DNA of 64,000 nt from a virus. Under the pieces are notes generated by a model that was not told the origin of the DNA, made no database searches, and saw only the letters and a program-made list of their open reading frames with translations. Location of the stretch: IMG/VR virus record IMGVR_UViG_3300045988_133395; one strand, 5' to 3'. This document shows, in pieces, positions 10,617 to 19,961 of this stretch. Within the stretch, counting starts at the first letter, position 1, and every line of letters starts with the position of its first letter. The position numbers were made by a program, and so were the translations under genes.

Positions 10617-11027
10617 ATGGAAAATTTCTTACAAATGTTATCACAAATTTTTGAGGTATGCGTAATTCCATTATTAGGAATTTTAACAGCTTACTTAGTA
10701 CAGTATATCGCAACAAAAAAAGATGCTTTAATTAAGCAGAATGATAATGCTTTAGCAGCAAAATATATCACAATGTTATCAAAGACAATTACTGATTGTG
10801 TAATTGCCACAAATCAAACATATGTAGATAGCTTAAAAGCCCAAGGAAAATTCGATGCCGAAGCTCAGAAAAAGGCATTTAACATGACCTTAACTGCAGT
10901 TCTTTCTATTTTGAATGACGAAGCGAAAGAATACTTGACAGCAATCTATGGCGATTTAAATACATACATTACAAAACAAATTGAAGCGGCTGTTAATAAA
11001 AATAAGACAACTATTGAACCTAAATAA
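10617..11027 (+). CDS. hypothetical protein with N-terminal transmembrane helix
   Basis: 136-aa ORF, GGAGG RBS; hydrophobic segment VCVIPLLGILTAYLVQYIA. Confidence 0.45.
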   Translation: MENFLQMLSQIFEVCVIPLLGILTAYLVQYIATKKDALIKQNDNALAAKYITMLSKTITDCVIATNQTYVDSLKAQGKFDAEAQKKAFNMTLTAVLSILNDEAKEYLTAIYGDLNTYITKQIEAAVNKNKTTIEPK

Positions 11028-11062
11028 GAATAAGGGATACAGAATATATATTCTGTATCCCT
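11022..11062 (+). terminator. rho-independent terminator
   Basis: Perfect 16-bp palindrome aagggatacagaatat|atattctgtatccctt followed by TTTTTTTT. Confidence 0.6.
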
Positions 11063-11200
11063 TATTTTTTTTGTCTAATTTTGTAATACAAAAAAAAAGA
11101 TTTAAAAAGACTGGACTTTTCATATTAAGATTATTAGTAAAAATTTTACATACTATTGAAGGAAAGAAAGAAAAATAATTTTAAGAAGGAGGATTAAAAA

Positions 11201-11626
11201 ATGTATCCTAACTACAACTATTTCCCGCAGAATCAACAACCTATTAGACAGCAACCACCAATGCAAAACCAAGGTATTTTGTACCTAAAAGGCAGGCCAG
11301 TTTCTTCCATTGAAGAGGTTAAAGCTATTCCAATAGACTTTGATGGCTCTATTTTTATTTTTCCAGATATAGCAAATAAACAAATTTATACTAAACAGAT
11401 TAATTTAGATGGAACCGCATCAATTAATGTATATGAATTAAAAATATTACAACAACCAACCGCACAGCCACAAATGACAGATTATATAACAAGAGATGAA
11501 TTTAATGAGCAAATGGAAAAAATAAGAGCTATATTTGCGGGCCAGGTACCAGAGCAAGCGCCGCAAAAGACTACTCCTTCAGTTCCTTCGCCGCAACCAG
11601 TTAAAAAAGAGGATATTAAATTTTAG
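11201..11626 (+). CDS. hypothetical Gln/Pro-rich protein
   Basis: 141-aa ORF, GGAGG RBS. Confidence 0.45.
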   Translation: MYPNYNYFPQNQQPIRQQPPMQNQGILYLKGRPVSSIEEVKAIPIDFDGSIFIFPDIANKQIYTKQINLDGTASINVYELKILQQPTAQPQMTDYITRDEFNEQMEKIRAIFAGQVPEQAPQKTTPSVPSPQPVKKEDIKF

Positions 11627-11637
11627 GAGGAATTCTT

Positions 11638-11886
11638 ATGTCAATGAATATTAACCCAATGCAATTAATTCAAATGATTAAAGGAGGCCAGAATCCTCAA
11701 CAATTAGTAATGAATATGTTAGAGCAACAAATGCAAAATACTCCAATGGGAGCTAATCTATTGTCTTTAGCAAAGCAGAATAGAAGTGCAGATATTGAAC
11801 AAATCGCTCGAAATATATGCAGTCAAAATGGTAAAGATTTTGATAAAGAATTTAATGCCTTTAAGCAAATGCTTGGGATTAAATAA
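11638..11886 (+). CDS. hypothetical small protein (Met/Gln-rich)
   Basis: 82-aa ORF, GGAGG RBS. Confidence 0.4.
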   Translation: MSMNINPMQLIQMIKGGQNPQQLVMNMLEQQMQNTPMGANLLSLAKQNRSADIEQIARNICSQNGKDFDKEFNAFKQMLGIK

Positions 11887-11912
11887 TATATTTTAAAAAG
11901 AAGGACATTAAT

Positions 11913-12173
11913 ATGTTCAATAACGCAACAAATGGCTATAGTTTAGCCGACATTGCCGCAGCTACTGGAGCCAATAGAAATGATAATGGATTTGGATTCG
12001 GTGGAGATGGAGGAGCCTGGTGGATTATAATTTTATTCCTTTTCTGTTTCGCAGGATGGGGAGGAAATGGAAATGGACTCTTCGGAGGAGGTTCTACAGG
12101 TTCTGGAATTACAGACGGTTATATTTTAACCTCAGATTTCGCTAACATTGAAAGAAAAATGTGGACTCTGTGA
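11913..12173 (+). CDS. hypothetical Gly-rich membrane protein
   Basis: 86-aa ORF, GAAGGA RBS; WWIIILFLFCFAGWGG hydrophobic core flanked by Gly-rich segments. Confidence 0.4.
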   Translation: MFNNATNGYSLADIAAATGANRNDNGFGFGGDGGAWWIIILFLFCFAGWGGNGNGLFGGGSTGSGITDGYILTSDFANIERKMWTL

Positions 12174-12669
12174 TGGCTTTTATGCCATGAACACAGGTAT
12201 GTTGAATGGATTTGCTGGTATTAATAATAATATTACTCAGCAAACAGTCGCAGACATGCAAAATACTAATACCATTAATGCAGGTATTACCAGTTTAGGA
12301 ACTCAGTTGCAACAGTGTTGCTGCCAAAACAGATATGAGGACGCTCAAAACTTTGCTCAATTAAATTATAATTTAGCAGACCAAGAGTGCTCAACTCGTA
12401 GAACAGTTTCTGATGCAACCAGAGACCTAATGGAAAATCAAAACGCTAATACCAGAAGCGTTTTAGGTGCTATCCAAGAGATGCAAACACAAGCTTTACA
12501 TGATAAGATTAGTGAATTAACTGCCGCAAATTCTAATCTTAGATTACAAGCAAGTCAAGCAGCTCAAAATAGCTATTTAATTAATGCTTTAAATCCAACA
12601 CCTATCCCTGCATATACAGTTGCTAATCCATATTCTGGATATCATAACTGCGGATGTGGTACACTTTAA
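12148..12669 (+). CDS. hypothetical coiled-coil protein (true start possibly ATG ~12187)
   Basis: 173-aa ORF beginning with TTG overlapping previous gene by 26 nt in +1 frame. Confidence 0.4.
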   Translation: MKEKCGLCDGFYAMNTGMLNGFAGINNNITQQTVADMQNTNTINAGITSLGTQLQQCCCQNRYEDAQNFAQLNYNLADQECSTRRTVSDATRDLMENQNANTRSVLGAIQEMQTQALHDKISELTAANSNLRLQASQAAQNSYLINALNPTPIPAYTVANPYSGYHNCGCGTL

Positions 12670-12685
12670 TCTAAATTAGTTTAAT

Positions 12686-12720
12686 GGTTAGAGGGTCTGC
12701 CAACCCTCTAACCTATTAAA
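12686..12720 (+). terminator. putative terminator hairpin
   Basis: ggttagagggt...accctctaacc stem; weak T-tract. Confidence 0.35.
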
Positions 12721-12740
12721 TTCCTGAAAGGAGACTATTT

Positions 12741-13163
12741 ATGGAACTCACAAGCAATGTAGTACAAACAGTAAATGCAAATGGAAATGTTGTATTTATT
12801 ACAACAAGAATCCCTGGTAATTGTTCAGTTATTCATACCGAGGGAAGTGGAAATATCAAAATGAGAGGCTTATCTAATAATCAATGCCGCTCAAGATTCA
12901 AAGTAACTTTTACAGGTAATATTGCGGTCCCAACTGGCGGCACCGCAGGAGCTATCTCGTTAACTATCACTATAGACGGTGAGGCAGTTCGCACTGCCCA
13001 GATGATTGTTACCCCTGCCGCAGTAGAACAATATTTTAATGTAGCTTCATGTGTATACATTGATGTGCCTACTGGATGTTGCTCAACAGCTGGAGTAACT
13101 AACACTTCAAATCAAACGATTAATGTTCAAAATGCTAATCTAATCGTAGAAAGGGTGGCTTAA
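12741..13163 (+). CDS. hypothetical small beta-rich protein (possible minor structural protein)
   Basis: 140-aa ORF with GGAG RBS. Confidence 0.45.
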   Translation: MELTSNVVQTVNANGNVVFITTRIPGNCSVIHTEGSGNIKMRGLSNNQCRSRFKVTFTGNIAVPTGGTAGAISLTITIDGEAVRTAQMIVTPAAVEQYFNVASCVYIDVPTGCCSTAGVTNTSNQTINVQNANLIVERVA

Positions 13164-13164
13164 C

Positions 13165-13677
13165 ATGATGAAAAGACTTTGCGAAATGAAAAATTGTTTA
13201 ATTAGTGCGGCCCAATCTCAAATGTCTAATCTTCAGAATTGTGACGCTGAAGAATTAGGCGAAGTTATTGATATGATTAAGGATATTGAACAAGCTATTT
13301 ATTATTGTACAATCACTAAAGCTATGAAAGAAAAATCTGACGATGAAGAACCTCAGAGAATGTACTATAAAGAAAGTATTCGTAAGAAAAAACGTAATGT
13401 ACCTATGGACTATTATGATAGATACGAAGATGAAGATGAAAGAGAATATCCAATTAAAATATACGACAGTCGTGAAGGTAAAAGCCCTGAGCGCAGACGT
13501 ATGTATATGGAATCCAAAGAGCTTCATCATGACCAAGCTAAAAAATTAAAAGAACTTGAAGAATATATGCAAGAACTTAATGCAGATATTCTCGAAATGA
13601 TTGAGGGTGCAAGCCAAGAGGAAAAACAGTTACTTCAAAAGAAAATTGCTTTATTAGCAACTAAAATAAATGTTTAA
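13165..13677 (+). CDS. hypothetical highly charged protein
   Basis: 170-aa ORF, Lys/Glu/Asp-rich, start overlapping previous stop. Confidence 0.45.
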   Translation: MMKRLCEMKNCLISAAQSQMSNLQNCDAEELGEVIDMIKDIEQAIYYCTITKAMKEKSDDEEPQRMYYKESIRKKKRNVPMDYYDRYEDEDEREYPIKIYDSREGKSPERRRMYMESKELHHDQAKKLKELEEYMQELNADILEMIEGASQEEKQLLQKKIALLATKINV

Positions 13678-13990
13678 AATTAATGGGGATAATTGGCGAG
13701 TCGTCTTTGTATCCCCATATCACCCAATGCTTAAAAAGAAAGATGGCTCTTATACTCTTGGAGCTTGCGTTGATGATACAAAGAAAATTTATATTAATAA
13801 TAAACTTTCTCTCGAAAAAGTTAAACAAGTTTTATGCCATGAAATAACACACGCCGCAATGTTTAGTTATGATATTCAATTAACCTATGACCAAGAGGAG
13901 CTATTAGCCGATTTACTCGCTACTTATGGACAAGAGATAATTGATATAACTAATAAGATTTTTTCTAAGATAAAAAATAATAGGGGATAG
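13670..13990 (+). CDS. small HExxH zinc-metallopeptidase-like protein (SprT/zincin-like)
   Basis: 106-aa ORF containing VLCHEITHAAMF (HExxH followed by AA, SprT-like signature). Confidence 0.4.
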   Translation: MFKINGDNWRVVFVSPYHPMLKKKDGSYTLGACVDDTKKIYINNKLSLEKVKQVLCHEITHAAMFSYDIQLTYDQEELLADLLATYGQEIIDITNKIFSKIKNNRG

Positions 13991-14018
13991 AATTTAATTC
14001 TATCCCCTCTTTTTTATT
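13980..14018. terminator. bidirectional rho-independent terminator between convergent modules
   Basis: aggggatagaatt|taattctatcccct palindrome with T-runs on both strands; separates + structural block from - block. Confidence 0.65.
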
Positions 14019-14598
14019 CTTCTTTTGGACGTTGGTCTTCTGCAAATCCAGCTTCGACTTTCTTTTTTACTAATGAAAATAAATGGTCGCCTTTATGATT
14101 ACCACCTAACCCATTATAAGCCATATGGTCTTTATCTAATTCTTCCCATTCATCAAGAGTAATAACATGATCTTCAGCTAAAAGTTTTCTACAATTATTT
14201 CTAAATTCTTTTCCTTGCATTGATAAAACGCCTGCGGTCAAAGCTGTAATATTTTTTTCTAATGCTGAAATTTCTTTTTCAAGAACCGCATCATCAGATT
14301 TAGATTCTTCCCGACCCGCTTCTAAAGCTTGATCAACCTTGGTATTAATTTCATCATACTTATCTTCAGAATTTTGATTCATCTTATCATGTTCTTTTTC
14401 TAAAGATTTTAATACCTGTTGATTTTCACTTTGAATTTTTTTAAGCACATTATCAAAGTATTCTTTTTGTTCTCTTTGACGTTCTTCTTTTTCAAGTCTT
14501 AAATAACGTTTTATGATAAAACCGCCGCCAGTTACAATTAAACCTAAAATAAGCTCAACCCAATACTTTAAGACAATTGATCCAATTGTTTCCAGCAT
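14014..14598 (-). CDS. membrane-anchored coiled-coil protein
   Basis: 194-aa ORF; N-terminal TM helix ILGLIVTGGGFII then Glu/Lys-rich heptad region. Confidence 0.5.
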   Translation of the reverse strand: MLETIGSIVLKYWVELILGLIVTGGGFIIKRYLRLEKEERQREQKEYFDNVLKKIQSENQQVLKSLEKEHDKMNQNSEDKYDEINTKVDQALEAGREESKSDDAVLEKEISALEKNITALTAGVLSMQGKEFRNNCRKLLAEDHVITLDEWEELDKDHMAYNGLGGNHKGDHLFSLVKKKVEAGFAEDQRPKEE

Positions 14599-14668
14599 AG
14601 TTAAAAACCCTCCTCATTTTTCAAACTTTCTCTCTACAAATTTTAAAAAATAAGAAGGGGTTATTCTA

Positions 14669-15685
14669 TTAGAATGGCCAACTCATAGTACATTCATTTG
14701 CATATACTCCATTATCAGCTTCTAATGAAGCATCAGTTCTTTTTACCATGTCCAAATAAAATTGAGAATTTGGATTGTTAAAGAATATTCCTGGTACGTA
14801 TGAAGATTTACTTACAATAACTGGAATATATTCTGGTTTAAATAAATAATATAAATAATTAGAAAAAATATCCGCGCTCGGCAATGTTCTTCCTTCAAAT
14901 TTAAAATATTTATATCCCATACTATTATACTTTTGGATATCTTCCCAGGTTAAGTTATTCTGTTTTCCAAGAGTATCAGGGTCATTAATACCACCTTGAA
15001 TTTGACATTTTGTAGTAATACTATATTTATGTTTACCATATGTCAAATTAGTTTTACTTGTATCGAGATAATGTAATTTTCTAACAGGACAATGGCTATG
15101 ACAAATTGCATTTGATAAAAACTCACATTTACCTCGTAACTCTTGAGGAATATTTTCAAGCATATCCATATCTTTATTTAAGTTATAGTCCAAACAAACT
15201 TGATAATAGTCTGGATTTTGGAGTTCTTTAAGAAAGTTTTCTTTGTTTAAACATTTAGTTGTAGAACTAATATATTTAAAGTCTGGATAATTTTCTCTTA
15301 AATACTGTTCCAAAAGAGGAGAATTTACAACAACCTCATTATTGCCATCTTCAAGTAATCTCATTTGAAGATTACAGAATGGGTCATATATATCTTCTTC
15401 CTCAATTGCGGAATTGGTAAAAATTAATCTCATAGGAATATTATAGAACTTATAAAAATCTCTAATTTTTTCAATTTCTTCCTTTGTGACCTGGCGATAA
15501 AATGGAAAGTTTCTGCCGCCGTCCCAAGTACAAAATGGAAAGTTGCCAAAGAAGGTTCCAATTTTAATTCCATCTCTAAAGTATTCAGGATTTGTGTCAC
15601 GCAATTCCAAAATAAATTTATTTAAAGTAAAGTGTTCGTAAAATCCGGATAAATTATAATAAATCATTTTTAAGCCCTCTCTCAA
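14669..15685 (-). CDS. Cys-rich protein of unknown function, paralog of next gene (rSAM-locus accessory protein)
   Basis: 338-aa ORF; GNFPFCTWDGG and CEFLSNAICHSHC clusters; shares GNFP...C..GG segment with 15654..16445; translationally coupled. Confidence 0.5.
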   Translation of the reverse strand: MREGLKMIYYNLSGFYEHFTLNKFILELRDTNPEYFRDGIKIGTFFGNFPFCTWDGGRNFPFYRQVTKEEIEKIRDFYKFYNIPMRLIFTNSAIEEEDIYDPFCNLQMRLLEDGNNEVVVNSPLLEQYLRENYPDFKYISSTTKCLNKENFLKELQNPDYYQVCLDYNLNKDMDMLENIPQELRGKCEFLSNAICHSHCPVRKLHYLDTSKTNLTYGKHKYSITTKCQIQGGINDPDTLGKQNNLTWEDIQKYNSMGYKYFKFEGRTLPSADIFSNYLYYLFKPEYIPVIVSKSSYVPGIFFNNPNSQFYLDMVKRTDASLEADNGVYANECTMSWPF

Positions 15686-16445
15686 ATAAATTAATCATCA
15701 ATGTATAGCTTTCATTTGAATCTTCTGGAATAATGTCATCAAACATAACATATGAGAAATCTTTTGGAATACTTCTATACTCTTCAAAGAATTCATCATC
15801 GTCTTTATAAAATCTTTTAGCACAATTTCTAAAAGTAGAATGACCACTATATTCAAGTATATAATGAGATTCTTCAGATAAACAATCGCAATAATTTACA
15901 CAATCTCTACATTTTGTAAAACTCATTAAGTAAATCTTTTGTACACCTTTTACTTTTAAATGAGCGTAACGTCTTGGTAGGATTATATATTTGATATTTT
16001 TACAATTATCAATCTTATCTTGAATCTCTTTTAAATTATATCTCAATAAAGCATTTTGATGCAATGCAATTTGAATATTAGGATAACGTTTTACTACATA
16101 ATCAATCAAGTTAAAATCTGCAATCTCATAGTATGCAGAATTATTATTTTCCCATTCTTCAAATAATATCTTATCAAAACGATTTAGATATTCTTTCTCA
16201 TTAAGGAAGAGGTTGCCGCAGTCAACAAATAACATCTTAGATGGTATTGAATAACTATTTACACAACCTATAATATCATCATACAGTGCAAAATATCTGG
16301 TGTCTAAGGCATTAATCCCACCGCACATAATGTTAGATGGGAAATTGCCCTCGATACCTTTGATTTTTACTGTATTGCTATACATATCTAAAATATTAAC
16401 ATTATCTTCAAAATTATAATAAATAGATGGCAATATAAAAATCAT
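15654..16445 (-). CDS. Cys-rich protein of unknown function (rSAM-locus accessory protein)
   Basis: 263-aa ORF; EGNFPSNIMCGG and CRDCVNYCDC cluster; 32-nt overlap with downstream gene. Confidence 0.5.
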   Translation of the reverse strand: MIFILPSIYYNFEDNVNILDMYSNTVKIKGIEGNFPSNIMCGGINALDTRYFALYDDIIGCVNSYSIPSKMLFVDCGNLFLNEKEYLNRFDKILFEEWENNNSAYYEIADFNLIDYVVKRYPNIQIALHQNALLRYNLKEIQDKIDNCKNIKYIILPRRYAHLKVKGVQKIYLMSFTKCRDCVNYCDCLSEESHYILEYSGHSTFRNCAKRFYKDDDEFFEEYRSIPKDFSYVMFDDIIPEDSNESYTLMINLFERGLKNDLL

Positions 16446-16477
16446 TTACTATACTCCTTTTACTCTTTACTTCTTTA

Positions 16478-17152
16478 TTATTTTACATAAAGAAGGTCTA
16501 CCTTACTCTCAATATTTTTTTCTATATCTAATATTTCATTGTCTGTTGGATATTCTTGAATACTATAAAACAAATGATAAATACTATATTGGAATCTATC
16601 CCATTCTGCGGCTGTTAAGAACTTTTTATAATCAACTACAGAATTTCCAATGCAAATTCCATATAAAACATTATCTTGGAACAAACTGAAATCATCAAAA
16701 TAAGTTGCATTTAAAAGATAAATATACTTATTCATATTAGATAAAACATCATCTTTATAATCTGTATATCTTAGTTCTGGAGCATATTCTTTTAATAGGA
16801 CTAAAAACAACTTATTCAAGCACATTTCTTCAATCGTATTTTCATCTTCATCAAAGAAGCCTTCAACAGTAGTATTTTTAATTCGCTTTATTAAATCATT
16901 ATTAGACAAAATAATAAAGTTTTTTATATGAGTAAAATGCTCTCTTTCTTTATCATCAAGCATAAAATAATAGATATAATAAACTTTTAATCTGACTGAC
17001 TCAAGTACATCATCCGCAGTATTAAGTTTACCAAGTCTGAAATCTAACTCATCTATTAATACAAATTGTTTCTTAAACATAATATCTTGAGTTAAATCAA
17101 AAATAGAAACTTCATCAGTCATACAAGTATCTGTTGATAATATCTCTTGCAT
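16478..17152 (-). CDS. hypothetical protein in rSAM operon
   Basis: 224-aa ORF overlapping start of upstream rSAM gene by 38 nt. Confidence 0.45.
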   Translation of the reverse strand: MQEILSTDTCMTDEVSIFDLTQDIMFKKQFVLIDELDFRLGKLNTADDVLESVRLKVYYIYYFMLDDKEREHFTHIKNFIILSNNDLIKRIKNTTVEGFFDEDENTIEEMCLNKLFLVLLKEYAPELRYTDYKDDVLSNMNKYIYLLNATYFDDFSLFQDNVLYGICIGNSVVDYKKFLTAAEWDRFQYSIYHLFYSIQEYPTDNEILDIEKNIESKVDLLYVK

Positions 17153-18509
17153 ATTTTATAAACTCCCTTCTTTCTTTTGGAATTTTCAAATCATTTAGAA
17201 TAATATCATAAACGCCATATTTTTCAGCTATATCATTAACAGTACGATATTTAGTTTTAAACATTTCACATACTTCATCAATAGCACAGAAAAGTTCTTT
17301 TCTATCTTCATATTGCGCTCCTAAACAACCTTTCATACAGAAGCTTTTAATAGGACAGCCTGCACATTTCATAAAAGAACGATTTTGATTAAGAGTCTTA
17401 ATTTTATATGCAAGCATAGGATTTTCTCCACGAACTCCAATAATCTTAGTTTTATTTTCATTTAATTCAAGAAAACCATAAACTTTATCAGGATAACAAG
17501 TTCTATGACAAGGTACAACTGCTAAGTCTCCGACTCTAAAAATTGAACCGCCTTGAATTGAACATGGCAACTTATGTTGAATTTCTGGAAGAGCTAAAGT
17601 ATATGGCTGTACATGATTATATCTTCCAATATTCATCATTCCATCAGAAAAGTTATCTGCCATATGATATGCAAAATCTGTTAAATCTCCATTATGAAGC
17701 GTATTTAAGTCTTTCTCTGCCACATAAAAAAGGAAATCTCTATAATCCTTTAAAGATTCTTCATCCCACTGTTCCGCATTTCTGACCTCTAACATCATTG
17801 GAATTGAATATACTTCACATCCATTTTCCTTCTTAAAGATAACATTATATTTAATAATATTATCAATCCACCAATCATAATTACGTTTATAATTCTTTAC
17901 AAATTCTCTTGTAATCATAGGGTGGCAAGAAAGAGAATACTTTGCAATAAATTTGAAAAACTTATCATAAAATTCGTCTTGCTTTGTTTGACCGTTTCTA
18001 AGTCCTCTTTCAACAGATTCTAACTCTGTTGGTCCATCTACTGAAGCACTTAACCAAAAGCCATTGAAATGTTTTACATCATCTCTGACTCTATTCATCC
18101 AATATTCAACTCTTGCGGTCTTTTCATCATCCATAAGGAAAGACATATTTGTAGGAATAACAAAATCTCTTCTTGGGATATTAGGAGTATTCATTTGATG
18201 CTCGTAAAAAACATTTAGAATTTCTTCCCAATAAGGGATTTGAAAAAACTCACCTGAAAAAATATCAAAAGTTGTATATTTATAATGATTTTCATCAAGC
18301 CAGTCTAATAACAATGCTAAATTTCTAAGAATATTTTCCTTCTTATTGGCTTCTGGAGGATACATTTCATCGCCATGTCTATATAAATAACAATATTCAC
18401 ATTTTTGATTACATATAGATGTAATAATAAATTCAACAGAATTTTCATCTTTATCATATCGTAGTAAATAATTTTTTAAAAGTAAATCTTGCTGTTCTTG
18501 AAATGTCAT
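17115..18509 (-). CDS. radical SAM/SPASM-domain enzyme (anSME-like), paralog 2
   Basis: CNQKCEYC (CX3CX2C) at N-terminus, IFSGEFF (GGE-type SAM motif), SASVDGPTELESVERG (anSME-like), C-terminal Cys clusters CSIQGG...PCHRTC and CAGCPIKSFCMKGC (SPASM). Confidence 0.8.
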   Translation of the reverse strand: MTFQEQQDLLLKNYLLRYDKDENSVEFIITSICNQKCEYCYLYRHGDEMYPPEANKKENILRNLALLLDWLDENHYKYTTFDIFSGEFFQIPYWEEILNVFYEHQMNTPNIPRRDFVIPTNMSFLMDDEKTARVEYWMNRVRDDVKHFNGFWLSASVDGPTELESVERGLRNGQTKQDEFYDKFFKFIAKYSLSCHPMITREFVKNYKRNYDWWIDNIIKYNVIFKKENGCEVYSIPMMLEVRNAEQWDEESLKDYRDFLFYVAEKDLNTLHNGDLTDFAYHMADNFSDGMMNIGRYNHVQPYTLALPEIQHKLPCSIQGGSIFRVGDLAVVPCHRTCYPDKVYGFLELNENKTKIIGVRGENPMLAYKIKTLNQNRSFMKCAGCPIKSFCMKGCLGAQYEDRKELFCAIDEVCEMFKTKYRTVNDIAEKYGVYDIILNDLKIPKERREFIKYARDIINRYLYD

Positions 18510-19930
18510 ACAATACCTCTTTCCGCCATTATTCTGTCAATTTCTTCTTCAACTACATCCATAGCTCCATTATACCACAATGGAATCTCTAATGGATTTG
18601 ATGTTATCCAAGAGCCAGTAATAATATATGAGTCTTGTAAACAACATGATTTATCAACAAAAATAGCAATCGTTTTATCAATTTTGCTCATATCAGTCCA
18701 TTTCTCATCAATGATACCTGCTTTTGCATATTCATATACAAACTTAACATAATCTGTATAAAAGATTTGATGCGGATATAAGATAAGATTATCGAAAGTC
18801 TTTTTAAGATTTAAGAACTGGTCTTTATCATAAATCCAAGCTGATTCATTATTTGTTTGAACGTATTTTGCGGCAAGTCCATTCATATCAGCATGGTCTT
18901 TCATATTATTATGATAATCTACATAATCATCAAACATGCCTCTATGACACATAGTATATTTTCCATCATGAATAGGAACTACTACATGGGAAAATGAACC
19001 GCACCCTCCGCCGCAGAATGGCTTTGAACAATCTAAGCATTTTTTCTTATTAAATGAATTATCATCTCGTAATCTGCCTAATAAGAACTCTACACTTGGA
19101 ATATATGTTTCATAATTTGGAATCCATCCATCTAATTGTTTGATTTTTGGAGTCACCTCTTGGATTGAACGATAAATCTTTGCAACTTCAAGTCCATCCT
19201 CTTTTGTCCATTCTGCTGGAGTTGCATAATTGAAAAGACATGGTAAGAAACACCATTTTCGAGTTTTTCTGTTTTTATAAGGCTGATACATTTCTCTATC
19301 AAAAAATTCAAACCATTCATATGCTTTTTCTGGTGTATCTACAAAATGAAATGTAGGTTTTGAAAAAGTTGGTTTAGTATGAACATATAAATCAATTTTA
19401 GAATCATCAAATTCTAATTCACATAAATCTCTAAAATTCTTTAAGAATCTTTGAGTAACGCCTTTACCTCTTCCCAAATCATTCATCTCTTCAGGCCCAT
19501 CAATTGAGACCTGAAGATCAAAATGAAATTTTTGATTACCATGATAATGTTTAATAATTGTATCAAACAATCTCTTTAAAGATTCAACTTGGTTTGGAAG
19601 AGTAAAATTTGTTGAAGTATCTAATTCATTAAAGTTTGGAAAAGCCTCGACATATTCTTCAAAATGGTCTATAAAACGTTCTATATGAAGAAAAGGTTCT
19701 CCGCCCCATAAAGTAATATGCTTAATGTGTTTATCTGCTTCTGGATCAACATCATAGACTTGTTTAATTTGACTTCCATTTTCAAAATCTTTAGCCAAAT
19801 CATCATCTATTTGTTTTAAACATCCAGTAGCATCTTTACAAATATAACAGTACCCGCAATTAAGGTTACATAAAGCAGTAGTAAATAAAGTTATATTTGT
19901 AAAGTAAATCTTTTCATTATTTTCTATCAT
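18506..19930 (-). CDS. radical SAM/SPASM-domain enzyme (anSME-like), paralog 1
   Basis: CNLNCGYC (CX3CX2C), LWGGEPFL, VSIDGPEEMNDLGRG, C-terminal CLDCSKPFCGGGCGSF...CHRG SPASM cysteines; ATGA overlap with next gene. Confidence 0.8.
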   Translation of the reverse strand: MIENNEKIYFTNITLFTTALCNLNCGYCYICKDATGCLKQIDDDLAKDFENGSQIKQVYDVDPEADKHIKHITLWGGEPFLHIERFIDHFEEYVEAFPNFNELDTSTNFTLPNQVESLKRLFDTIIKHYHGNQKFHFDLQVSIDGPEEMNDLGRGKGVTQRFLKNFRDLCELEFDDSKIDLYVHTKPTFSKPTFHFVDTPEKAYEWFEFFDREMYQPYKNRKTRKWCFLPCLFNYATPAEWTKEDGLEVAKIYRSIQEVTPKIKQLDGWIPNYETYIPSVEFLLGRLRDDNSFNKKKCLDCSKPFCGGGCGSFSHVVVPIHDGKYTMCHRGMFDDYVDYHNNMKDHADMNGLAAKYVQTNNESAWIYDKDQFLNLKKTFDNLILYPHQIFYTDYVKFVYEYAKAGIIDEKWTDMSKIDKTIAIFVDKSCCLQDSYIITGSWITSNPLEIPLWYNGAMDVVEEEIDRIMAERGIV

Positions 19931-19961
19931 TAATAACTCCTTTTACTCTTTTAAAATATAT

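Noticed and set aside
12148-12174. Possible programmed +1 frameshift fusing 11913..12173 and 12148..12669
   Set aside because: No recognisable slippery or shifty motif. The downstream ORF has an internal ATG about 12187, and +1 fusions are rare. More likely this is ordinary gene overlap or coupling.
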